Counted from the first letter of the stretch, positions 29,012 to 40,263 are shown. The stretch: 64,000 nt of DNA from Candidatus Zhuqueibacterota bacterium (GCA_049322915.1 JBMOPW010000019.1:1-64000), one strand, 5' to 3'. Program-made: numbers and translations. The notes: a model not told the origin generated them from the letters alone.

Positions 29012-29051
29012 CGTTATGTAAAATTCGACCTGCTTCAAAGGACATTGCATT

Positions 29052-30821
29052 TTGATACCCGATAAACTTTCAACCCTCAGAAAAATACTGTCCAAAAGGA
29101 ATCTGGATGCCTGGATCGTGCCGAGCGCTGACCCGCATCAGAGCGAATATGTGGCCGACTATTGGAAGACCCGTGAATGGCTGTCAGGTTTCACCGGTTC
29201 GGCCGGAACGTTAGTGATCACACTGAGCCAGGCCGGACTCTGGACCGACTCCCGCTACTTTTTGCAGGCGGAACAAGAACTGGCCGACACCGGAATCCAA
29301 TTGTTCAAGATGGGACAACCGGGAGCCCCGACCTACCTCGAATGGCTGCGGGCGGAACTCCGAATCGGCGCGGTCATCGGTTTTGATGGAAGCCTGTTCT
29401 CCCTGGCGCAGGTCAAAACCATGCGAACCATGTTGCGCCGGAAAAAGATCAAACTGGACTATCGCGCCGACATCGTCAGCCGGGTGTGGCCGGATCGGCC
29501 TTCCCTGCCGGAAAATCCGGTGAGCGACTTCCCGGCCATGTTCGCCGGGGAAACGCGCGCTTCAAAGATAACCCGCATCAGGGAAAGGCTGCGCGAGCTG
29601 AAGTGCAACGTCCACGTCGTTTCCAGTCTGGATGATATTGCGTGGATTTTCAATATCCGCGGGACCGATGTCCTGTTCAATCCGGTCGCGCTTGGCTATG
29701 CAGTCATTACCGACGATGAAGCGCGGCTGTTCATCCATGGCCACCAACTCGGAGATCAACTACGCGCCGGGCTTGCCACTGACCATATTGAGATTTCGCC
29801 GTACGGGCACATCCGCGATTTTCTGAAGCGCTTGCCCCGTCGCTGTTCCGTTCTCCTCGACCCGGAGAAAACGAATCAACTGCTGAAAGAGGCCATTCCC
29901 GGACATTGCCGCATCGTCGAAGCGCCGAATTGTTCCAGTCGCATGAAGGCCTGTAAAAACAAGACTGAATTGAACGGCTTCCGGAATGCCCATATTCGCG
30001 ATGGAATTGCCCTGGTTAAATGGCTGCACTGGCTGACGAGCGCCATTCACCAACGTCCCACTGAAATCGCCGTCGCTGACGAACTCACCCGGTTTCGCAG
30101 GGAACAGCCGAATTTTCGGGGGCTCAGCTTTGCCCCGATTGTCGGGTACAAAGCCAACGGCGCCATTGTGCATTATTCGGCCAAGCCGGAATCAGCAGCC
30201 GTCCTGGCGCCGACCGGGCTGTTGCTGGTGGATTCCGGGGCTCACTATCTCGATGGCACCACCGATGTGACCCGGACTATTTCGTTGGGGAATCCCACGG
30301 CCGAAGAGAAGCGCTTTTTCACGCTTGTGCTCAAAGGCCATATCGCGCTCTCCCGGGCTGTTTTCCCGGAGGGCACCACCGGCGCACAATTGGATACTTT
30401 AGCGCGGAACTATTTATGGCAAAGTGGTTTAAATTATGGACACGGTACCGGCCACGGCGTGGGCCATTACTTAAATGTCCACGAAGGGCCTCAGCAGTTT
30501 CGCGCGACGAATCACATCCCGCTCCAGCCGGGGATGGTGACGACCAATGAGCCAGGCCTCTACTTCGAGGGCAAGTTTGGAATTCGCATCGAAAATGTCC
30601 TGCACACCCGAAGCAAAATGGAGAACGAATTTGGCCGTTTTCTGGAATTCGAAACCATCACCCTGTGTCCGATCGACCGGAATTTAGTGGACATCTCCCT
30701 GCTGATCCCTGAGGAAAAAGACTGGCTCAATCTGTATCACGCCGAGGTGTTCTCAAAATTGCACCCTTACCTGACTGATGACGAACGAATTTGGCTGCGA
30801 AATGCGACGGCTGCGATTTGA
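29052..30821 (+). CDS. Xaa-Pro aminopeptidase (aminopeptidase P, M24B)
   Basis: DPHQSEY, SGFTGSAG, DSGAHYLDGTTD, HGTGHGVG..LNVHEGP, NEPG, GIRIEN. Confidence 0.95.
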   Translation: MIPDKLSTLRKILSKRNLDAWIVPSADPHQSEYVADYWKTREWLSGFTGSAGTLVITLSQAGLWTDSRYFLQAEQELADTGIQLFKMGQPGAPTYLEWLRAELRIGAVIGFDGSLFSLAQVKTMRTMLRRKKIKLDYRADIVSRVWPDRPSLPENPVSDFPAMFAGETRASKITRIRERLRELKCNVHVVSSLDDIAWIFNIRGTDVLFNPVALGYAVITDDEARLFIHGHQLGDQLRAGLATDHIEISPYGHIRDFLKRLPRRCSVLLDPEKTNQLLKEAIPGHCRIVEAPNCSSRMKACKNKTELNGFRNAHIRDGIALVKWLHWLTSAIHQRPTEIAVADELTRFRREQPNFRGLSFAPIVGYKANGAIVHYSAKPESAAVLAPTGLLLVDSGAHYLDGTTDVTRTISLGNPTAEEKRFFTLVLKGHIALSRAVFPEGTTGAQLDTLARNYLWQSGLNYGHGTGHGVGHYLNVHEGPQQFRATNHIPLQPGMVTTNEPGLYFEGKFGIRIENVLHTRSKMENEFGRFLEFETITLCPIDRNLVDISLLIPEEKDWLNLYHAEVFSKLHPYLTDDERIWLRNATAAI

Positions 30822-30878
30822 TTTGCCCTGGAATTTTAATGAACGTACACGACAATTTCAACGAGAAAGGATGTTTGC

Positions 30879-31163
30879 ATGGCCGAGACAATTGATGAAA
30901 TCACCATAGCTTATGAAGAGGATGGCGTGCTTTTAGTCAAGGAACTGGACAAGGAAATCCTCACCCGGGGCGCCTGGACAACCATCATTTTCAAATATCA
31001 AAGCTGGGACAAAAAGACCGAAAGCTATTCCGATGTCGCCTTTTCCATTCGACGGTACCATAAAATTCAGGGCCAGTACATGCAGCAAAGCAAATTCACC
31101 GTCTCCAACGGGAAACAGGCGCAGCAGATCATTGATACGCTCACGAAATGGTTGAAAGAATAG
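30879..31163 (+). CDS. Small hypothetical protein (94 aa)
   Basis: AAGGA RBS; compact beta-rich sequence with a C-terminal helix; fills the gap between co-oriented genes. Confidence 0.8.
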   Translation: MAETIDEITIAYEEDGVLLVKELDKEILTRGAWTTIIFKYQSWDKKTESYSDVAFSIRRYHKIQGQYMQQSKFTVSNGKQAQQIIDTLTKWLKE

Positions 31164-31186
31164 AACGAATCACGCGGGAGACGCTC

Positions 31187-31945
31187 ATGGGCGCAATTAA
31201 AGTGACTATCTGGAACGAATTCATTCACGAGAAAGTCGATGAAAAAGTCAGGGCGCTTTACCCGGACGGCATTCACCAATTCATCGCAAATTTTTTATCG
31301 AAGGATCCGGAGCTGGCTGCGCGGACTGCCACGCTGGAACAGACGGAGCATGGCCTCAGCGAGGATGTCCTGTTGGACACGGACGTTTTGATCTGGTGGG
31401 GGCACAAGGCTCACGATCAGGTGGCCGATTCGGTCGTGGATCGCGTTCAAAAACACGTCCTCGCCGGCATGGGACTCATCGTTCTCCATTCGGCTCATTT
31501 TTCAAAAATATTCCGCCGGCTGATGGGAACGACCTGCTCTTTAAAATGGCGGGAATTTGCCGAGAAAGAACGGCTCTGGAATATCCAGCCCAATCATCCC
31601 ATCACCGAAGGCATCGGCGATTTCATCGAATTGCCCAACGTGGAAATGTATGGCGAACGATTCGATATTCCCTCGCCGGACCAATTGATTTTCATCTCCT
31701 GGTTCGAAGGCGGTGAAGTATTCCGGAGCGGATGCTGCTGGGAACGAGGGCTGGGAAAAGTTTTTTATTTCAGGCCGGGTCATGAGACTTATCCCATTTT
31801 CCATCACAAGGAAATTCAACGTGTCCTCATCAATGCCGCGCGCTGGGCGAAATCAGCGGAGCGACGGTTCGCCTCCAGTCCCAATGTGCCGCCCCTTGAA
31901 CATGTGACTAAAAAGGAGATCGATTACACCCGATTCAAACAATGA
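31187..31945 (+). CDS. thuA: ThuA-like (trehalose utilization) protein
   Basis: [60 protein letters not shown]. Confidence 0.9.
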   Translation: MGAIKVTIWNEFIHEKVDEKVRALYPDGIHQFIANFLSKDPELAARTATLEQTEHGLSEDVLLDTDVLIWWGHKAHDQVADSVVDRVQKHVLAGMGLIVLHSAHFSKIFRRLMGTTCSLKWREFAEKERLWNIQPNHPITEGIGDFIELPNVEMYGERFDIPSPDQLIFISWFEGGEVFRSGCCWERGLGKVFYFRPGHETYPIFHHKEIQRVLINAARWAKSAERRFASSPNVPPLEHVTKKEIDYTRFKQ

Positions 31946-32892
31946 AAAAAATGGATGCTATCCCGGACTTGCTCGAAAAAATCAGCCAGGACAATTTGCG
32001 GCATTGTCTGTTTTATCTGTCCAAAGATCCGATTCCCTGCCGCACTTTGAATTTCACCCGGCCAGGCAGGGATATGTGCACGCTTTACGAGGCCGACGAA
32101 TTCATCGCCCGGGCGCTCACCGACTCCGGCTGTTCCGTGGAACGGCAGAAAGTGCCAGTCCAGGCATTTCAGCCGGATACCACGGCGCCGCACGGATTTC
32201 GGAAGCCGCTTGAATCAGAACCCTGGTACGACTCGTTCAATCTTTTCGGCGTCATCCCCGGCGTAAAAGTCCCGGGCGAGGCTATTGTTTTCATTGCGCA
32301 CAAAGATACGCAGAGCTGGCTCACCTGCGCCCCGGGGGCGTACGACAATTGCGTTGGTGTTGTCTGTCTGCTGGAATTAGCTCGACTTTCCCGCTATTTC
32401 AAACACCAGCGGACCGCGATCTTCCTGTTTCCCAACGAGGAACACTGGCCCTGGACGAGCGTTGCCGCCGCGGAATCTCTGGCAAAATCCCAAATAGACA
32501 TCATTGCTGTCATCAATGTCGACGGAATTGGCGGAAAATCAACACGGGAAACGGAGGCCGGCAAGGCGACAAACGTCACCCGTTATTCCACAGCCGAGGG
32601 CGAGCGGTTGGCCGACCTGATGGCGGTATTGAATGAAACGTACGCCATTGGACTCGAACAGAGCAAATTTCATTGCTCAACGCCGAACGATGATGATGGC
32701 TCCTTTGTGAACGCCGGCTTTTCCTATTCGGTGCTGAATATCGGCTCGTTCCCATATTCAGAGCCCCATTACCATACTCCGGAAGATCGGCCGGAACACG
32801 TCGATATTGAAAACCTGACCAAAGCAACTCAATTATGCCTGGCCGCCTTGCTCCATCTCGATGCGTCCGGCAACGATTTCAAGGCGAGTTGA
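31942..32892 (+). CDS. M28 family metallopeptidase, no signal peptide
   Basis: AHKD, GAYDN, NEEH, NVDG, YHT.ED; ATGA overlap with thuA. Confidence 0.85.
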   Translation: MKKMDAIPDLLEKISQDNLRHCLFYLSKDPIPCRTLNFTRPGRDMCTLYEADEFIARALTDSGCSVERQKVPVQAFQPDTTAPHGFRKPLESEPWYDSFNLFGVIPGVKVPGEAIVFIAHKDTQSWLTCAPGAYDNCVGVVCLLELARLSRYFKHQRTAIFLFPNEEHWPWTSVAAAESLAKSQIDIIAVINVDGIGGKSTRETEAGKATNVTRYSTAEGERLADLMAVLNETYAIGLEQSKFHCSTPNDDDGSFVNAGFSYSVLNIGSFPYSEPHYHTPEDRPEHVDIENLTKATQLCLAALLHLDASGNDFKAS

Positions 32893-33098
32893 TGGCCGAT
32901 GGCGTACAGGGCTCCTGTCCCTCAACGTACAGCATTTGAATTTTTTTCTGAATCAGTCGTCGCACGGCAATGAATTCGTGTGGTATAACCAATTATAATT
33001 GTATGATTAAGTCCCTCAGCACGAACTGCCCATGTGATTTGGAACATTTTTTGTTCCCTCCTTCGTACGAACCCACATAGTGAAAAAGGTCACTTTCG

Positions 33099-34613
33099 AT
33101 GAAGTCATTTTCGAAAATTGCCACGCTCGCAGTACTTGTTCTGCTCACTGCTTTTTCGGAAAACCAGGCGCAAATTGCCGACGCGCTTTCCAAAAAATTG
33201 GATAACAGTTTCAATCGGCTGGAGTTCACCAGGGACCTCCAGGTCTCTTTTTCGGACAAATCCGTTGAGCAGGAAATCAGCAATGCTGATATTCTACTCA
33301 GGCGCGCGCGGCGGCAACTGCAAAATAATCGGCCTGTCCTCGCCAATCGGTCGTTGAATGAGGCCAACGATCTGATCAATGTCGCGCTGCGGAAGCTGCT
33401 CAAGGAGCCGCTGAGAAAGCAACAGCAGGATCTGGATAGCCTCATTGAAACGGCGAAACTCATTGTGCCGGACAGTCAGAATCCCAAAGCGAAAAACCAG
33501 TTGAAAATAGGGATAGAAAGCCGGGACGCTGCGCATCGGTATTATCGTCAGAACGAATTTCAAATCGCTTTGAAGCAAATCAGCCAGGCGTTTTTCCAGG
33601 TTCAAAAAGCCATTGACATGGTGAAAAATAGTGACCATGCGACAAAAGTCAAGGTGGAAGAAGAGAAAGCGGTCTTCGAGAGATTGTTGAAACAGACCGA
33701 AGGTAAAATTTCAACGAGCACTCATTCCACTGTGAAGAACAATTATCGACAGGCGATAAAGCTAACGGGCAAGGCCGAAGCGGCTCAGGCGAATCATGAA
33801 TTCCAGCAGGCGATTGAATATTATCACCAGGCTACGCGGCTGCTGTTGCGTGCGCTCGATCTGGCCGAGGGCAATGGCGACCGGACGGCAGTGAGAGCGC
33901 ACGAAGAAGTAGCGGCGCTGGACGAACTCATTGAGAATTTTCAAAACAGAGTCCGGGAAGATCAGCAAGACGATCGATTCGCGTATCTGGGGACGCGAAT
34001 TTTACAGTTGCAGCAGGACGCTCACGTCGCGCTGGAAAACAAGAATTACAAATTAGCCTTGATGAACGCCCAGTTGGCCCGCGACCTCATTCAGCGTCTG
34101 GTGAATAACGCGCAATCTCCCCGCGGCGATGCCGATGAATTCCTGCAGGATGAATTTGACCAATTGGGAGTGGATATCGAAGAGATCAAAAATCGGGCGA
34201 ATCAGGCGGGTCATACAGAAGCCCTTGTGCTGCTTGGCTACGGCGAGGTCGCCAGGCAACGGGGCGAGCAATTTCTTCAGAATCGGAATTTGCGCCTGGC
34301 GCGAGAAAGCATTTTGACTGCCAACCGATTCGTCTTTGCCGCGGATGGTTTACTGCGGAATGAACGTTCGGACCCGCCGGCCGAAGCGGACGTCCGGCAA
34401 AAAATTCAATCTGTCACCAGCGACTTTGAATCCATCCGCGATGATGTAAAAAATTCTCTCAAGCCGGAACTACGGGTTCATGTCCAGCAGGCGTTGAAAT
34501 TACTCAATCTCGCTCAGGAAAATATGAGCCAGAAATACTATTACGTCGCGGATGAATGCGCAGACCAGGCCCGGACGTTATTCGAAAAATGCCAGGTGCT
34601 CCTGGACAAATGA
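33099..34613 (+). CDS. Secreted all-alpha repeat protein of unknown function
   Basis: Signal peptide; repeated amphipathic helical units (e.g. NEFQIALKQISQA, HEFQQAIEYYHQA, KNYKLALMNAQLA). Confidence 0.8.
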   Translation: MKSFSKIATLAVLVLLTAFSENQAQIADALSKKLDNSFNRLEFTRDLQVSFSDKSVEQEISNADILLRRARRQLQNNRPVLANRSLNEANDLINVALRKLLKEPLRKQQQDLDSLIETAKLIVPDSQNPKAKNQLKIGIESRDAAHRYYRQNEFQIALKQISQAFFQVQKAIDMVKNSDHATKVKVEEEKAVFERLLKQTEGKISTSTHSTVKNNYRQAIKLTGKAEAAQANHEFQQAIEYYHQATRLLLRALDLAEGNGDRTAVRAHEEVAALDELIENFQNRVREDQQDDRFAYLGTRILQLQQDAHVALENKNYKLALMNAQLARDLIQRLVNNAQSPRGDADEFLQDEFDQLGVDIEEIKNRANQAGHTEALVLLGYGEVARQRGEQFLQNRNLRLARESILTANRFVFAADGLLRNERSDPPAEADVRQKIQSVTSDFESIRDDVKNSLKPELRVHVQQALKLLNLAQENMSQKYYYVADECADQARTLFEKCQVLLDK

Positions 34614-34874
34614 AATCGCCGGAAATCGCCCCGGCCATTCCATTTCAGTCCGCTTCGGACATGGACTCAGTTGTCGTCTGCGCGCCACTATTTTTCGAAG
34701 TGATCAAAGCGCCCCGCGCAAACAGACCCGGCGCGGATCCATCCTGTTTCCAATTCTTTCGACATACTCCATCTTCCTTAACACCCCACAGCACCAGTGA
34801 TTAATAGTTTTTGAAATTATGCCGAAAACTATTCTGGTAATTATGCCCCGAAAATTACGTCTGCCCGGCGCAGA

Positions 34875-36029
34875 ATGGGCACGCTATCGTGTGAACTCAT
34901 CAGGATTCACCTTTTGAACGAAAATATTCTCATCGTCGAGGACAATGAATTTGTCCAGAAAAATTTGGTTCGGCTGCTCAAACTGGAGCATTACCATGTC
35001 GCCGTTGCCGATAACGGTGAAATTGCTTTGCGCGTGATGCAACACTTCACCCCCGATTTGATCCTCTCCGACATCATGATGCCAGTCATGGATGGCTACG
35101 AACTTTTCGAACACCTTCAGCAGAACTTTGATTTGAAGAATACGCCGTTCATTTTTCTCACTTCCAAAAGTGACCAGCAGGATATCCGTCTTGCCAAACG
35201 CCTCGGCGCCGATGATTACATTATCAAACCATACGATAGCGAAGATGTCCTGATCACCATTCGCGCGCGTCTGGATAAATTCCGCTCCATCAGGGAAAAT
35301 TTCCAGAAGGAAGTCGAGGAGTTGAAGCAGGAAATTCTGTTCAAATTATCCCATGAAATCAGGACGCCTATTGCCGTGGTCAAAGGAGTGAGCGAACTCA
35401 TTTCATCGTCCAAAAACATGTCCATCGACGACCTTCACCAGATGGCGCAGATTTTGAGCCATGGCTCCAATCGATTGGAAAAACTGATCAACAAATTTCT
35501 CACTGTCAAAAGCCTCGCAGAAATACTTCAGGAGCCAGGCAAACGCCAGCTCTATCAATCTCAACAATTTGAAATATCGTCCGGTCTGGAAAGCTCACTG
35601 CGCGACTCGTTTGAAGCGGCGTTGCAGGAATACAGCATCGACTTGAAAATATCCTGGGAAGATCGCCACCAATCTCTTTACCCGATATTCCACAATCATT
35701 TGAAATCCATTCTATCTGAGCTGCTGGAGAATGCGATAAAATTTTCAGCCAATGGCGGCCTGGTTGAACTTTCCATCCTGAACTCCAGCGGCGGATTGAC
35801 CATCGACATCACCGACCAGGGAATTGGCGTCCCTGAAAGTGAAATTCCAAAGCTCTACACAAAATTTTATCAGTACAACCGTCAAAAGATGGAACAACAG
35901 GGCGCGGGTCTTGGTTTGACAATTGTTCAATCCATTGTGAACCTGTACAATGGCCAGATCGAATTCCGAAGCGAAGTCGGCGTTGGAACGCGCGTCAGAA
36001 TAGTCATCAAATCACCTGCAGCGTCCTGA
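34875..36029 (+). CDS. Hybrid receiver-histidine kinase (REC-HisKA-HATPase)
   Basis: ILIVEDN, DLILSDIMMP.MDG, ADDYIIKP; SHEIRTP, ELLENAIKFS, DQGIG, GAGLGL; true start may be TTG at 34914. Confidence 0.93.
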   Translation: MGTLSCELIRIHLLNENILIVEDNEFVQKNLVRLLKLEHYHVAVADNGEIALRVMQHFTPDLILSDIMMPVMDGYELFEHLQQNFDLKNTPFIFLTSKSDQQDIRLAKRLGADDYIIKPYDSEDVLITIRARLDKFRSIRENFQKEVEELKQEILFKLSHEIRTPIAVVKGVSELISSSKNMSIDDLHQMAQILSHGSNRLEKLINKFLTVKSLAEILQEPGKRQLYQSQQFEISSGLESSLRDSFEAALQEYSIDLKISWEDRHQSLYPIFHNHLKSILSELLENAIKFSANGGLVELSILNSSGGLTIDITDQGIGVPESEIPKLYTKFYQYNRQKMEQQGAGLGLTIVQSIVNLYNGQIEFRSEVGVGTRVRIVIKSPAAS

Positions 36030-36114
36030 GTTTTTGTCGCACCTGGCTCAGGGCTGGCGCTTTCAATCTTTCACCACATGGCATCTGTTGTTTGCCCGGG
36101 CGGTTGGGAAATTC

Positions 36115-37662
36115 ATGAATACTCGGCGGAACTTGTTTTCAGTCAAAGAGCCTTATGTGCACGTCTTGTTTTTGCCATTGGCTGTCTACCTCATTTTCAT
36201 TTACCTGTTGACGCTGAACCCGTTTCGATTCTCCCTCCATTATCTTCATCAATTTTTACAATTCAGACTGGGCCTCATTCATTCCATCATCGGCAAGCTG
36301 AGCTGGTACGATATTCTGCTGAATCTGCTGATGTTTGTCCCGGTTGGATCCATCCTCGGAGTTTACTGGCGTCTCGACGGGGCAACGATGCGTCGCGCCG
36401 CGCTGGCCGGTACTGGCCTCGGATTTCTATCGAGCGCTTCCATTGAAATCGCCCAGTTATTTCTGCCCCGCACATTCTCGATTTTCGACATTTTTACCAA
36501 TAGCCTCGGCGCTGGCATCGGCGTCATGCTTGCTTTTTCAATTCAAAAACAGCGATTGCAGTGCTGGTTACAGACAATGTATTTCAAAAAAACACAGTTT
36601 TATTGGTGGCTCATCATCGTCTATTCGTCCTTTACCACAGTCGTTTTGCTCGTCCCTTGCTATTTCAACCACTTTGGCAACTGGAACGAGAGTTACCAGC
36701 TTTTCATCGGAAATGAGAAAACAATGAACCGTCCCTGGCAGGGCGCTGTTCAGAAAATTTCCATTTTCAATAAAGCGTTATCAACGGCCAAAATCGAGAC
36801 GCTCTATCAAACAGATCCAACGCTGAATACACCGGCAGACCATGCCGCCGGACTCCTCGCGGAGTATATTTTCAATTCCGCCCCGGTGATAAATCGCGGT
36901 TTTCTGGGACAGGATTTGGAATTGCTGCCCTGGCGCGATTCCTGCATTCATGACAATTCGAATCCGGCGATATTAGCCGATGATCGTGACGTCTTCCGAA
37001 CAGCGAAACCAGCCTCCCGTCTCACCCGATTTTTGAAAGACGCCAATCGGCTGAGTGTCGTCATCTGGCTGAAACCCACGACATTGCAGCAGACAGGTCC
37101 GGCGAGAATCATCTCGCTTTCCGAGGATTGCGACAATCGGAACTTCACCCTGGGACAGAGCGGTTCGATGCTCAATTTCAGAGTCAGGACTCCTTTGACC
37201 GGTAATAACGGCAACCGGGTCAGCCTTCATTCCGATCCTGTCCTGCAAACCAGCGCCATTCAGTGCGTAGCAGCCACCTATCATCGCGGCGAGATGCGAC
37301 TCTATCATAATTCCCGGCAGGCGCCCGGCATCGTCTATGACACAAGCCCTTACCTGCCGCTGCTGATTGGCCTGCGGGAGGACAAATTCGGTAAACTCAT
37401 TTTCTGTTTGTTCCTGCTCTATCCTCTGGGCTGGTTTGCACGCGGCCTGTCGCATCATCGAACCACGAAATATCTCCTTTCCAGCGCGATTATTTTCCTC
37501 CCGTTTCTGGCGTCGTCCACCATTAAAGTATTGCATTTCCGACATCGGCTGGATCTGCCTCTGCTTTTCGCAGTGATTGCCGCGGCGATGTTTGTGGCGG
37601 TTAGCGGATTTCTTTTCGATCTACTCAAAAACCGTTACAGCGCCATTCGAGAAAACCAGTGA
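36115..37662 (+). CDS. Membrane protein with VanZ-like and LamG/ConA-like domains
   Basis: LNLLMFVPVG, IEIAQLFLPRTFS..DIFTNSLG (VanZ); LFIGNE...RPWQG...IFNKALS and GPARIISLS..NFTLGQ (LamG-like); start 36115 or 36034. Confidence 0.8.
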   Translation: MNTRRNLFSVKEPYVHVLFLPLAVYLIFIYLLTLNPFRFSLHYLHQFLQFRLGLIHSIIGKLSWYDILLNLLMFVPVGSILGVYWRLDGATMRRAALAGTGLGFLSSASIEIAQLFLPRTFSIFDIFTNSLGAGIGVMLAFSIQKQRLQCWLQTMYFKKTQFYWWLIIVYSSFTTVVLLVPCYFNHFGNWNESYQLFIGNEKTMNRPWQGAVQKISIFNKALSTAKIETLYQTDPTLNTPADHAAGLLAEYIFNSAPVINRGFLGQDLELLPWRDSCIHDNSNPAILADDRDVFRTAKPASRLTRFLKDANRLSVVIWLKPTTLQQTGPARIISLSEDCDNRNFTLGQSGSMLNFRVRTPLTGNNGNRVSLHSDPVLQTSAIQCVAATYHRGEMRLYHNSRQAPGIVYDTSPYLPLLIGLREDKFGKLIFCLFLLYPLGWFARGLSHHRTTKYLLSSAIIFLPFLASSTIKVLHFRHRLDLPLLFAVIAAAMFVAVSGFLFDLLKNRYSAIRENQ

Positions 37663-37969
37663 AGCCGGCCGGGATTTGTTTTCCTCTCTGTGCGATTCGA
37701 TGCCAACGAAAATTGCTATTCACCAGCGCACCGAAATGGTGTGTGTAAATTACCAACATCAACTCGAGAAATCTCTGTGTCAATACACCACGATTGTGCC
37801 ACTCCCGCCGGTCACGCGGGTTGATTAATAATTTAAATTTATGGCACTTAACCGAGTGATTCCATTCTGGTACAGGAGTTGCTTGAATTGAAGCAGCATC
37901 ATCTACGTACTTTTCCCCCGGGGATAATTCAATCAACTCATTGCTAAACGGATGGATCGGAGGTAAATC

Positions 37970-40189
37970 ATGCAGTCAGTACAATTAAAACAGGTTGTCT
38001 TCCTCGTGCTGTTACTTTTAGGATTTTTCATCATTTTTGGGATAATCATTTACACGAGCACAGCCAGAGCAGAAGTCAGCGAGGAAACGAGCGCCGGCAA
38101 GAAAAAGGTCATCGAATACGCTGAAGTGGACGTGACCATCGAAGACGACGAGGTCATCGAAGGCGATATTATCATCCGGGATGGCTCTCTCTCAATAAGT
38201 GGTGATATCTACGGCGATGTGATCGCATTCAACGCGATTGTCAATCTGGACTCCAACGCCAGTATTTACGGGCACGTGGTGAATTACATGGGAAAAATTA
38301 CCCGGCATAAAAAAGCGCGCATTGCCGGCGACATCGTGCATCTCGGAAACGAGATCGAAGTTGAGCAAAGCCGCGACTTCACGGAGTTTGAGTTCAATTT
38401 GACCACGTTTGAAGACAATGTGGAAATTTATTCGGATACCACAATCACCGGAGACATCGTTCTGCTGGACAGTGACATCACAATATCGGGCAAAGTGGAT
38501 GGAGACGTCATTAATATTTTGGGTGATATAATTTTGACCGAGACAGGCGCTATCGATGGTCATGTCATTAATTACAAGGGGAAAATTGAAACCCATCCCG
38601 GCGCGCTGGTGACAGGACGCAATTTGATCCTCGATCATGGCACAGTTCAGGCAGACAGTGAAACTGAAGCCGAGGAAGAGGCGGAGTTACAGGAGAGAAT
38701 TGAGAAGAAGTATCTGAAAAAATCCCGCAACAAAAATTCGGACATTTTCCGATTTATGGGCGACGTCACCATCGAAAAAGATGAACTGATCCGCGGCGAT
38801 GTTGTGGCATTTCGAGGGACAGTCACGGTGGAGGGCGAAGTGGACGGCGATGTGGTCGCCATCTTCGGCAATGTCGAATTGGACAGCGCCGCGTATGTCG
38901 ATGGTGAAGTGGTGAGCGTTGGCGGAAAAGTCTTTCGCGAGGATGGCGCTTACGTGAGCGGCGATATGGTTCAGACTTCTCTGACCGGCGTCAAAGTCGA
39001 TAATGCCGATCAGCATGTTTCCGAACGTGAAAGAGACGATTCCGGCAATTCAAAAGATGAAGATGATTGGGATCGAAAGAAGCGACGAAATAGCTGGGAT
39101 AAAGATTTCGATGACGAGCCTTTCATGTTTCGCTACAATCGCGTGGAAGGTCTGTTTTTAGGGCTGCGCATTCCGCAAAATGATTGGCACGATGAAGACG
39201 GCGGTGGTTTCCATCTTTTCGGGCACGCCGGATATGGGTTCGCCGGGAAACGCGGCAGTTATCAGATCGGATTTGGACGAGGCTTTTTCGATCAATTTGG
39301 ATTTTCACTTGGCGTTGAAGCGCACGATATGATAGAAACAGATGATAAATGGATCATGCAGGAATTCGAAAACTCACTCGCCGCCATGTTGATCAAAGAA
39401 GATTTCCACGACTTCTACCGACGCGAGGGTTACTCGCTCTATGCGTCCCAGAACATCACCCAGTATTTGCGCGTATCGGCTGAATATCGGAAAGACATCC
39501 ACCACAATCTGGAAAAAAACACCAACTGGTCGTTGTTCGGCGGCAAGAAAAAATTCCGCGAAAATCCGGCCATCGATGAAATTGACTTTATGAGCCTGAT
39601 CGCCAAAATCACGATTGATTCCCGCGATGACTACAAATACCCGGATCAGGGCTGGCTGATCACTCTCTCCGGAGAATACGCCGGAAAGGATTTCAACGAC
39701 AATGGCGTGAACTTCGACCGGTTCATCGTCGATGTGCGGCGATACCAGCCATTGAGCTACGGCGAAAATTTGAATTTCAGGATTCGCGCAGGCTCATCGC
39801 GGGGCGTGCTTCCGCAGCAATACCTGTTTGACCTGGGTGGTATTTCAACATTGCCCGGTTATAAATTCAAAGAATTCGAGAATCACAACCGAATGGTGCT
39901 GGGAAATCTTGAATATCAAATCAGGGAAAACAGGAATCCGATCAACGACTTTCTGGCCTTTGATGATATGAACCTGATTATCTTCGCCAGCGCCGGCTAT
40001 GTCTGGTCTGTGGAGAATACCGATAAAGCGACCCATGGTTTCAAGAGCCTGGTTTGGGATGATCTGTACACAGATGTTGGCGTGGCGCTGTGCAATCGCG
40101 ATGGTAATGTACGGCTCAACATAGCCAAACGTATGGATGAACATGACCGGCCGGTGATCGTTACCTTCCGTATCAGTCGGCCGTTCTGA
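37970..40189 (+). CDS. Bactofilin-like beta-helix repeats fused to an Omp85/TamA-like beta-barrel
   Basis: GGAGG RBS; signal sequence; many (I/V).G.(V/I).GD(V/I) repeats; FRYNRVEGLFLG, DSRD..YPDQGW, FDLGG; C-terminal Phe. Confidence 0.8.
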   Translation: MQSVQLKQVVFLVLLLLGFFIIFGIIIYTSTARAEVSEETSAGKKKVIEYAEVDVTIEDDEVIEGDIIIRDGSLSISGDIYGDVIAFNAIVNLDSNASIYGHVVNYMGKITRHKKARIAGDIVHLGNEIEVEQSRDFTEFEFNLTTFEDNVEIYSDTTITGDIVLLDSDITISGKVDGDVINILGDIILTETGAIDGHVINYKGKIETHPGALVTGRNLILDHGTVQADSETEAEEEAELQERIEKKYLKKSRNKNSDIFRFMGDVTIEKDELIRGDVVAFRGTVTVEGEVDGDVVAIFGNVELDSAAYVDGEVVSVGGKVFREDGAYVSGDMVQTSLTGVKVDNADQHVSERERDDSGNSKDEDDWDRKKRRNSWDKDFDDEPFMFRYNRVEGLFLGLRIPQNDWHDEDGGGFHLFGHAGYGFAGKRGSYQIGFGRGFFDQFGFSLGVEAHDMIETDDKWIMQEFENSLAAMLIKEDFHDFYRREGYSLYASQNITQYLRVSAEYRKDIHHNLEKNTNWSLFGGKKKFRENPAIDEIDFMSLIAKITIDSRDDYKYPDQGWLITLSGEYAGKDFNDNGVNFDRFIVDVRRYQPLSYGENLNFRIRAGSSRGVLPQQYLFDLGGISTLPGYKFKEFENHNRMVLGNLEYQIRENRNPINDFLAFDDMNLIIFASAGYVWSVENTDKATHGFKSLVWDDLYTDVGVALCNRDGNVRLNIAKRMDEHDRPVIVTFRISRPF

Positions 40190-40215
40190 GAAAATAACTC
40201 TCCTATTTTTGTGGT

Positions 40216-40263
40216 GAAGCGACAGCCGGGCCTGGTTCATGGCGCCGGCTGTCGTTTCATTTG
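40216..40263 (+). terminator. Intrinsic terminator
   Basis: gaagcgacagccgg/ccggctgtcgtttc stem followed by T-rich bases. Confidence 0.6.
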
